Positions 48,847-56,713 of a stretch of DNA of 64,000 nucleotides are shown one piece after another. The DNA comes from Gammaproteobacteria bacterium (lineage in GTDB: Bacteria > Pseudomonadota > Gammaproteobacteria > UBA4575), in contig JBGCFN010000005.1 of assembly GCA_045106935.1 (NCBI GenBank), positions 17,732 to 81,731 of the forward strand, in the 5' to 3' direction. Each line of letters starts with the position of its first letter. Position 1 is the first letter of the stretch. The position numbers were made by a program, and so were the translations under genes. The notes under the pieces are model-generated. The model was not told the DNA's origin. It ran no database searches and worked only from the letters and a program-made list of their open reading frames with translations.

Positions 48847-50445
48847 ATGAATGCGACAAATGTAACTGGTGAAGTTGGTCAGAAAATAAATGTATGGAGA
48901 TTTACATTACGACAAATTGGCTTAGTTGTTGTTTCATTTATATTATTATATTTTCTTTTTGAGGAGGGAATATTACATGCGATTCAAAAATGGGACTCAC
49001 CCGAATATAGTCACGCATATTTAATTCCTTTCATATCTCTATTTATAATTTGGCAGAATCATTCTGAATTTATCAAGTATAGATTCAGTGGATCATGGCT
49101 GGGAGTACTCATCTTACTGGTCGGTTTATTTTTATTATTGTTGGGAGAGATGAGTACTCTCTATATTATTATAAAATATTCATTGTTGGTCGTTATATTT
49201 GGTTTGGTCTTGTCTCTGACAGGAGTTAAAAGATTTCATTATTTTCTTTTTCCAATCTTTTTATTGTTTTTCACCATACCTTTACCTAACTTCATTTATA
49301 ACAATCTATCAGCATATTTGCAGCTAATTTCATCTAGCATTGGCGTTGAAGTGATTAGATTGTTTGGAATTAGTGTCTTTTTAGAGGGTAATGTCATTGA
49401 TCTTGGAAATTATAAGCTACAGGTAGTAGAGGCTTGTAATGGACTAAGGTATTTATTCCCACTTGTCACATTGGGTGTAATAGCAGCATATTTTTATAAT
49501 GACAGCTTTTGGAAAAAATGTATTGTCGTTATTTCAACGTTACCAATTACCATTCTTATGAATAGTATACGCATAGGTGTTATCGGTATATTAGTAGAGC
49601 ATTGGGGCATTGCTATGGCTGAAGGCTTTCTGCATGATTTTGAAGGCTGGATTATCTTTATGGTGTGTTTTTCAATTTTATTAATTGAGATGTGGCTATT
49701 AACAAAATTGACAACAGGAAGATCGTTGAGAGATGTGTTAAGTATTGAAGTACCCACCAAGCTGAATATGAATAACTTTAATGTGTCTGAAAGACATATT
49801 CCTAAACCGTTTTATGTTTCTGTTTTTATATTGTTATTAATATTGTTTGCACAGTATGCATTACCAGAAAGACGGGAAAATGTACCAGAAAGAAGCCAAT
49901 TCATTGAATTTCCTGTTGATATATCTGGATGGCAGAGTACTCGCAAGTCTATGGAAGCCAAATTCATCAATGCACTTAAATTTGAAGATTATTTGCTCGC
50001 GAATTACTCCAGCAATGCTGGGGCATTAGAATTATACATTGCATATTACGAATCTCAGCGAAAAGGTGAGTCTGCACACTCACCAAGATCATGTCTTCCA
50101 GGTGCTGGCTGGAAAATTACAGATAGAGGTTTGGTTAATATTAGTTATAAAAATCATGTAAATATTGACACGCAAATACCAGTAAGTCGTATGTTGGTTC
50201 AACAAGGTGATAGTAGATACTTAATGTATTACTGGTTTAAGCAACGAAACAGGCATATCACGAATGAATATTTAGTTAAATGGTATTTATTTTTAGATGG
50301 AATAATAAAAAATAGAACTGATGGTGCATTAATTAGAATAATGTTCCCTATTGCACAGCATCAAGATATAAGTACAGCCGATGAAACAGTACAGTTATTC
50401 TTGCAAGAAACATTGCCTATTTTGCCTGAATTTGTACCAGATTAG
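48847..50445 (+). CDS. xrtA: exosortase (XrtA-like) fused to a C-terminal EpsI-family domain
   Basis: Polytopic N-terminal half with the exosortase catalytic motif VVEACNGLRYL and the Arg motif LMNSIRIG. C-terminal soluble domain with SPRSCLPGAGW (EpsI-like). Confidence 0.75.
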   Translation: MNATNVTGEVGQKINVWRFTLRQIGLVVVSFILLYFLFEEGILHAIQKWDSPEYSHAYLIPFISLFIIWQNHSEFIKYRFSGSWLGVLILLVGLFLLLLGEMSTLYIIIKYSLLVVIFGLVLSLTGVKRFHYFLFPIFLLFFTIPLPNFIYNNLSAYLQLISSSIGVEVIRLFGISVFLEGNVIDLGNYKLQVVEACNGLRYLFPLVTLGVIAAYFYNDSFWKKCIVVISTLPITILMNSIRIGVIGILVEHWGIAMAEGFLHDFEGWIIFMVCFSILLIEMWLLTKLTTGRSLRDVLSIEVPTKLNMNNFNVSERHIPKPFYVSVFILLLILFAQYALPERRENVPERSQFIEFPVDISGWQSTRKSMEAKFINALKFEDYLLANYSSNAGALELYIAYYESQRKGESAHSPRSCLPGAGWKITDRGLVNISYKNHVNIDTQIPVSRMLVQQGDSRYLMYYWFKQRNRHITNEYLVKWYLFLDGIIKNRTDGALIRIMFPIAQHQDISTADETVQLFLQETLPILPEFVPD

Positions 50446-50464
50446 CTGTTGATAGAGAATATAT

Positions 50465-52081
50465 ATGCAGTTTTATACAATATTTTTGGTGGCAATGTTC
50501 GCGGCAATTATTTTAATTCCACCACTAACTTATATCTACCAGAAATTAAATATTGTTGATTTACCTGCTGCAAGGAAAGTACATAAAAAACCTATTCCTA
50601 GAGTAGGTGGTATAGCAATTGTTGTTGCAACTATATTTCCAATCATTGCTTGGATTCAGTTGGATGCACCAATATTGGGTGTGTTAATAGGAATTGCGAT
50701 ATTATTTATTTTGGGAATTATTGATGATGCTAGGAATCTATCCTATAAGATTAAATTTATTATTCAAATCCTATCTATTTCTTTAGTGTTTATATATGGG
50801 TTTGTAGATTTGAATGCATCACATTTTGTCGCAAAAGAATTAGTCCCATATGCAGTATTGTTTACAGCCTACTTCTTATTTATTTTAGGTGTAACTAATG
50901 CGATAAATTTGTCTGATGGTTTGGATGGTCTAGCAGGTGGAGAAGCTTTATTGTCCTTTAGTGTGATTGGGTTGCTAGCGTATGAAACGAATAATAGTCT
51001 AATCATTCTTTTAGTATTAGCTATAGTTGGCGCAGTCTTTGGTTTTCTAAGGTTTAATACTTATCCAGCAAAAATATTTATGGGTGATACGGGCAGCTTG
51101 TTTTTGGGGTTTGTCCTAGGCTTGCTTAGCGTTGCTTTGACATATCGTGTTGACAATGCATATGCAAAAATGTTGCCGCTATTGTTGGTGGGACTGCCAG
51201 TGTTAGACACGTTAATGGTAATGATAATTAGATTGTATCATGGAAAATCTCCTTTTAATGCTGACCGAAATCATTTGCATCATCGTCTTTTAGATCATGG
51301 TTTTGCACATTATCAAAGTGTATTAATTATTTATCTTATACAAAGTATATTTGTATTAACTGCGTATTTCATGCGTTATGACACAGAAGTAAATGTGTTA
51401 ATAGCATTTACGATTATTTCAATTTTGGCAATATCGATAAGTTATGCAACTACTAAAGACAATAAGCCAATACTAAGTAATAGTATCGTTAATAAAATTT
51501 TTAATATATCTAGAGACATTGTAAATATTCATACTGAAAAATTGTTTTCTATTCTTGGGGTATTGTTATTGCTGTATACATTAACGGCATCGTTTGCTGT
51601 TGATAAATTCGATAAAGATATATTACTTTTATTATTGGTCATTAGTGTTATAGGTATGATTGGGTTAATTCTGTTAAGAGAAAAGCCTTGTCATTGGATA
51701 GAAAGAGTTGCCATTCATGTGATGATTGTGCTGTCTATATACTTTGGTGTTGGCGTCAATCAAGGAAATATAATGGATGTATTTCAGATTGGCATACTGC
51801 TGGTAAGCGTGGTCATTATTGTTCTGTTATTTTTAGGTGAAGGAAGAAAAAAATTCATTGGTTCGCCATTGGATTTTTTATTAATAGCAACTGCTATTGT
51901 GATACCGAATTTACCAAATTCACCAATAGCTAATCATGGGCTAAGTCTGTTAATACTAAAGTTAGTCGTGCTTTTCTATTGTGTGGAATATGTTTTGTTT
52001 AACGTGACTAGTCATTGGTGGGTAATTCGTTTGACTTTGATAATTGGTGCTTTTGTACCAATTATTTTAAATTATATATAG
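50465..52081 (+). CDS. WecA/MraY-family polyprenyl-phosphate sugar-1-phosphate transferase (GT4) with roughly 200-aa extra C-terminal TM region
   Basis: DDxxN (IIDDARNL), NAINLSDGLDGLAGG and KIFMGDTGSLFLGF motifs. Confidence 0.7.
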   Translation: MQFYTIFLVAMFAAIILIPPLTYIYQKLNIVDLPAARKVHKKPIPRVGGIAIVVATIFPIIAWIQLDAPILGVLIGIAILFILGIIDDARNLSYKIKFIIQILSISLVFIYGFVDLNASHFVAKELVPYAVLFTAYFLFILGVTNAINLSDGLDGLAGGEALLSFSVIGLLAYETNNSLIILLVLAIVGAVFGFLRFNTYPAKIFMGDTGSLFLGFVLGLLSVALTYRVDNAYAKMLPLLLVGLPVLDTLMVMIIRLYHGKSPFNADRNHLHHRLLDHGFAHYQSVLIIYLIQSIFVLTAYFMRYDTEVNVLIAFTIISILAISISYATTKDNKPILSNSIVNKIFNISRDIVNIHTEKLFSILGVLLLLYTLTASFAVDKFDKDILLLLLVISVIGMIGLILLREKPCHWIERVAIHVMIVLSIYFGVGVNQGNIMDVFQIGILLVSVVIIVLLFLGEGRKKFIGSPLDFLLIATAIVIPNLPNSPIANHGLSLLILKLVVLFYCVEYVLFNVTSHWWVIRLTLIIGAFVPIILNYI

Positions 52082-52103
52082 CTAAAATTAATATTTTATT
52101 TCA

Positions 52104-54506
52104 GTGTTACTGAAGGAGTTTGTTGTGAGTAAGTTTTTAATTGTTACATTGTGCGCTGTTTTAGTCATTAGTGGATGTGGTGGAGCTGAGTCAAGGAAAG
52201 AAAAATACATTCAAAGTGGTAATCAACACTATATACAAGATGATTGTAATAAAGCCAAATTAGACTATAAAAATGCACTGCAAATTGATCCAAAAAGTGT
52301 AGATGGGCTTATTGGGTTGGCTAGATGTATGCTAGAAGAGAAAGAGTGGCGTAAAGGATATCAATTGTTAAATGGTGCGTTAGAGCATGACCCTACATCT
52401 GTTGATGCCAAATTGGATTTGGCAAAACTATATTTAATATCAGGTGAAAGTGATAAATCTTATCAATTGATAGAAGAGATATTAACTGCTGAATCTAATA
52501 ATTCTACAGCAATTGCATTAAGAGGTATTTTTCACTTGAAAAATAATACGCTTTCTGCAGCAAGAACTGACTCTGAAATTGCTATTAACCTCGAAGCAGA
52601 TAACTTATCAGCGATTACTTTGTTTTCATCTCTTAAAGTTAAAGATGGAAAGACAGACCAGGCTGCAACGTATATCAGTGATATTGTTAATAATAAAGAA
52701 ATTACTAAGCGTAAAAAGAAAGAGCTACAAGTAATACTAATTGCGTTATACGACCAGCTTAAAGATATTGACAGTGTTATAGATATTTATAAGGATTTAA
52801 TTACACAGTATCCTGATAATTACAGTTATATTTATAGATTATCAGCTATCTATGCTAACAATGATGAAGTTGATCAGGCTGAAGAATTATTATTGACGAG
52901 TATTGATTCTGATGACAGCGATAGTCAGTTAGCCTATATTTCTTTTCTAGATGCTTATAGATCATCTGGTGATGCAACTAAAAAACTAGAAGAGTTTAGT
53001 GCGCAATCTAACAATGGCAAGTTAAAGCTTGCGCTTGGTAAACGCTATCTTGCGAGCAATGAAGAAGAGAAGGCGATATCAGTTTTTACTGACTTGGCCG
53101 GTAAGATAACAATTGTAGAGCATAATGAGGCTAAAAATGAACTAGCATTTTTGCATTTAAAAAATGGTAAATCTGATTTAGCGTTAGAATTAGTCCAGCA
53201 AGTATTATCTGATCAACCAAACAATCTAAGAGCACTAGTCATACGTGGCACATTGGCTATATCTGAGCGTGATGCACCTCAGGCAGTATCGGATTTTAGG
53301 ACGATTTTGCGTGATCAACCTAATAATATTTTTGCTATTAGACAGCTAGCTACAGCATATATATTAAATGACCAAGAAGATTTGGCTAAAGAGTTGTTGC
53401 AGAAAGCTGTCAACATTGATAGTCATGATAAGGCATTAGGCTTGTTGTATGCGCGTCTTCAGGGTAAGGATAATGAATTTGAATCTGCAATTAATACTGT
53501 TAATGAGCTGTTAGAGTCTAATGAAGAAGATCTAGAAACAATTAAAACATTATTTGATTTGCAGATTGCTAACAAAGACTTTGAGGGGGCTAAACATACT
53601 GCTGCAACTATGAAAGCATCGTTGAAAGATAATCCGTTAGGGTATTATCTTTCTGGAGTGTTGTTGCAGAATGAAAACAACAATCTAGCTGCAGAAAAAG
53701 AGTATTTAACTGCACTAGATAAAGAACCGCGTGCAAATGAACCATTATCAGGGTTGGTTAGATTGTATTTGTCTGAAGGTAAGCCTAATAAAGCAATTGA
53801 TCTATTAAATGACATTGTTAGCAAAGATCCTGAGTATTTGGTGCCTTACAATCTTTTAGGTGAGGTAGGTATTAGTATAGAAAATTATTCTTTAGCTGAA
53901 GATAGTTTTAATACTGCAATCAAACTCAATAAACAATGGTGGGTTCCGTATCGAGGTCTTTCCTTAGTACATTCAGCTAAAGGCAATAAAGAAAAATCAA
54001 TTCAAGTGTTACAACGTGGATTTGATAATGGTGTTGGCATTGAACGATTAGGGCTTGAATTAGCGTTAAATCAATATCAGCTAGGTGATAGATCTTCGGC
54101 AATTAATACTTATGAGAAAATTATCTCTGAAATTCCAACGTCCGCATTAGCAAAAAATAATTTATCAATGATTTTGGTTGACGATCAAGCAAATGATCAA
54201 GATATAAATAATGCACTTAATCTTATTGCTGATCTTGAAAAAATTAATGATGCAGCTTCATTAGACACTGTTGGTTGGGTCTACTACCGAGCTGGAAAAT
54301 TTAATCAAGCAATTGAATATTTAGCTAGGGCTGTTGAATTAGCACCGAATGCAGCTGAACTTCATTATCATTTGGGGATGGCCTATGCTGAAGATGGTAA
54401 TAGTCCTGAAAAAGCTAAGCAACATTTGAAGATAGCTGCTGAATCTGAACAAAGTTATGTAGGTAAAGACGTAGCTATTGCTAAGTTTAAACAACTGTCG
54501 CTTTAA
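52104..54506 (+). CDS. PEP-CTERM-system-type TPR-repeat lipoprotein
   Basis: Lipobox LVISGC and about 800 aa of TPR-like repeats. Its context after the exosortase matches the PrsT-like family. Confidence 0.65.
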   Translation: MLLKEFVVSKFLIVTLCAVLVISGCGGAESRKEKYIQSGNQHYIQDDCNKAKLDYKNALQIDPKSVDGLIGLARCMLEEKEWRKGYQLLNGALEHDPTSVDAKLDLAKLYLISGESDKSYQLIEEILTAESNNSTAIALRGIFHLKNNTLSAARTDSEIAINLEADNLSAITLFSSLKVKDGKTDQAATYISDIVNNKEITKRKKKELQVILIALYDQLKDIDSVIDIYKDLITQYPDNYSYIYRLSAIYANNDEVDQAEELLLTSIDSDDSDSQLAYISFLDAYRSSGDATKKLEEFSAQSNNGKLKLALGKRYLASNEEEKAISVFTDLAGKITIVEHNEAKNELAFLHLKNGKSDLALELVQQVLSDQPNNLRALVIRGTLAISERDAPQAVSDFRTILRDQPNNIFAIRQLATAYILNDQEDLAKELLQKAVNIDSHDKALGLLYARLQGKDNEFESAINTVNELLESNEEDLETIKTLFDLQIANKDFEGAKHTAATMKASLKDNPLGYYLSGVLLQNENNNLAAEKEYLTALDKEPRANEPLSGLVRLYLSEGKPNKAIDLLNDIVSKDPEYLVPYNLLGEVGISIENYSLAEDSFNTAIKLNKQWWVPYRGLSLVHSAKGNKEKSIQVLQRGFDNGVGIERLGLELALNQYQLGDRSSAINTYEKIISEIPTSALAKNNLSMILVDDQANDQDINNALNLIADLEKINDAASLDTVGWVYYRAGKFNQAIEYLARAVELAPNAAELHYHLGMAYAEDGNSPEKAKQHLKIAAESEQSYVGKDVAIAKFKQLSL

Positions 54507-54820
54507 TGCTGAAGATAATATGGGATTAAGTTATTGATATCAGGTTGTTCTGATGATTGCTGAATTCCTTGTATAACTTGGAATTCAGCTTCTGTAATGA
54601 GTTCATTTGCCTGCGCAAAATTATTAGTCTCCGCTTGTTTCCTAGCCTTTGATGTCAAGTCTTTGGTGTCTCGCCATAAACTATTTGCAAGTGTAGCTTT
54701 TTGTATTAATTCATTAACTGTATTGATGCGTTCAATTAGTTCTTGGTATTTTTCTTCATTACTATGTACAGATATAGAATAGACTAGTAATAAAATCACA
54801 ATATAAATATGTTTATTCAT
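54503..54820 (-). CDS. small secreted protein, last gene of the sox unit (possibly a SoxK-like SoxAX-stabilising subunit)
   Basis: Signal peptide MNKHIYIVILLLVYSISVHS, 105 aa. It lies immediately downstream of a monohaem soxA. Confidence 0.25.
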   Translation of the reverse strand: MNKHIYIVILLLVYSISVHSNEEKYQELIERINTVNELIQKATLANSLWRDTKDLTSKARKQAETNNFAQANELITEAEFQVIQGIQQSSEQPDINNLIPYYLQH

Positions 54821-54824
54821 AATT

Positions 54825-55664
54825 TTATCTTCTTACTGCAGGACCATTAATAGCTAGTCCATTATTCATGTGTGTATGAAAATACTCTAAGTTTCTATAT
54901 ATTTCGCTCTGAGCTTCAAATGGTGCCGCTCGAACTTGTTTGTTGCATCCGATATATCTTTTATGTAATGGTCCTAATGCCCCCCATTTATTGCGATAAG
55001 TAGGCCATCCTGTCGTTTGACCTAGTGCTGGGCCAAGAGACTCGGTTCGCAATTTTTTTCCAGCATTATCGAAATGACAATGAAAGCATGCGAAATTCAA
55101 TTGCCCACGTCTTGTAAAGTAGAATTTTTTTCCTTTTTGATAGGCTTCTAATGCATTCTCATTAGGTATTCTAATGTTTATAATTTCTCCTCTGCTTTGG
55201 TAGGCAATATATGCAACCAAGCTATTCATCTCCATGCCCATATAATCTAGTTCATCTAATTCATGAGATTGTCTGCATAAATTAATTGCATAGGGCAGAG
55301 TAATCACTGTATTTAGCTTGTCATCCCAACTAGGGTAGTTGTGTTTAATTGAAGGGCCAGAGGGAAAACATTTGCTATAAATTGCACTATTGTTATGCCA
55401 ATACTCTTCACCAGAGTCAATATGTACCTCATATGGAGGGAATTCTTCCAGGGCTTCCCAGTTCTCTCTTGCGGTACTGTCTAATGCATAGACGCCATTA
55501 GCGAAATCTTCGAAAGGCACCTCAGGAAAACGCTTTTTAAAATAACTTTGTATTAAATTAAGATCTTTAATATGTTCAGATGCTGGTGACTCAGCTCTGG
55601 TAATGTCAGTAATTGATAGGGATGCTGCAATTAATAGACAAAATGTAAAAAAAATATTTCGCAT
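54825..55664 (-). CDS. soxA: SoxA-like c-type cytochrome (single CxxCH)
   Basis: Signal peptide, a haem site FACFHCHFDNAG and a SoxA-like C-terminal region (IGCNKQVRAAPF). Adjacent to soxX and soxY. Confidence 0.6.
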   Translation of the reverse strand: MRNIFFTFCLLIAASLSITDITRAESPASEHIKDLNLIQSYFKKRFPEVPFEDFANGVYALDSTARENWEALEEFPPYEVHIDSGEEYWHNNSAIYSKCFPSGPSIKHNYPSWDDKLNTVITLPYAINLCRQSHELDELDYMGMEMNSLVAYIAYQSRGEIINIRIPNENALEAYQKGKKFYFTRRGQLNFACFHCHFDNAGKKLRTESLGPALGQTTGWPTYRNKWGALGPLHKRYIGCNKQVRAAPFEAQSEIYRNLEYFHTHMNNGLAINGPAVRR

Positions 55665-55678
55665 ACTGTTTGAAGCTT

Positions 55679-56131
55679 TTATCCGCCACAGCCACCGATT
55701 GTCACTTTGATGCTTTTAGAAGCAGTAAAGTGTTGATTATCAGATGTAGATACTAGCGCGATAATGTTTGATGATTTGGCCATTTTTACTCGTGTAGAGA
55801 CGTAAGCTTCAATCTTCGGATTGATATCATAGGATGATGTTAAAGGGCTAGGGTTGTTATCGACTAAAATAGATATCATATTGACGTTGTCGATTGTTGT
55901 GTTAACTGTAATTGGAACCACAGCTCAATTTTCAGCAATTTCTGGTGCCTTGATATGGATTGCATCACTGGCATTTGCTGTTTGATTACTAGTCAATTTG
56001 CTGATTAGGTCATCAACATTTGCATGGTCAAATAACTCTTTTTGCCAGTCAGCAAAAGCAAAATTAACTCCACTGAAAAGAGGGAGGGCTAATAAGGTGC
56101 TTGTATTTTTTAGAAATGTTCTTTTAAGCAT
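55679..56131 (-). pseudogene. soxY: soxY interrupted by an in-frame TGA at 55925-55927 (conserved Gly codon position). Could be a nonsense mutation, a read-through or a sequencing error.
   Basis: ORFs 55925..56131 and 55679..55921 are in the same frame. Joined they read ...IHIKAPEIAEN*AVVPITVN...KVTIGGCGG. The Tat-like signal, the APEIAEN(G)AVVP motif and the C-terminal GGCGG are SoxY hallmarks. Confidence 0.6.
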
Positions 56132-56139
56132 AGTAATAC

Positions 56140-56478
56140 CTATAGAGCGTGTATAAAGTCAACGACTTGATCTATTTCTTCTTCTGTTAATATGCGATGT
56201 TTACCAAATGGCGGCATCACTGTAATAGGGTTAAATTGGGTTTCGTCCCAGATTCTTTGTCGTAATAGAGATTTATCTGGATAACGCTGCTTCATGTTTA
56301 TAAGCGCAGGACCAATATTTCCCGGGCTTTCTCCACCCTCTATTGCATGACATGCTAGACAATTACCTTTAGTTCTATCAAATGCTAATTGCTTGCCATC
56401 AGCGTATGAAATTGAGCTTATTGCTGCAAATATGCAGATAATTAAAATGTTACATTTTGTTTTAGCTAGATTGAGCAT
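56140..56478 (-). CDS. soxX: SoxX-like monohaem cytochrome c
   Basis: Signal peptide and GNCLACH haem motif, 112 aa, directly upstream of soxY. Confidence 0.6.
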   Translation of the reverse strand: MLNLAKTKCNILIICIFAAISSISYADGKQLAFDRTKGNCLACHAIEGGESPGNIGPALINMKQRYPDKSLLRQRIWDETQFNPITVMPPFGKHRILTEEEIDQVVDFIHAL

Positions 56479-56713
56479 AATTCCAAGCTAATTGTAAAAA
56501 CTGTCTGGAGGGCTTTAATTTTATTTACTGACAGTATGATAGCGTGACTCTGAACGTCTATCTACTAGTTTGGTGGTATCGGTAGCTGCTGATTGTTTAT
56601 TTAGAGATTTTAGTATTTTATTAAAAATCTCATTGGTCTGCGTACGAATTTTATTTTTCATATTATCCTCAAGACTGTAACGGCAGTCTCAGGAATATGT
56701 TGATGGATGATTA

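Noticed and set aside
55925-55927. TGA in soxY as a selenocysteine codon
   Set aside because: The position corresponds to a conserved Gly in SoxY. SoxY is not a known selenoprotein, and no SECIS-like hairpin is obvious downstream. A nonsense substitution or sequencing error is more parsimonious.
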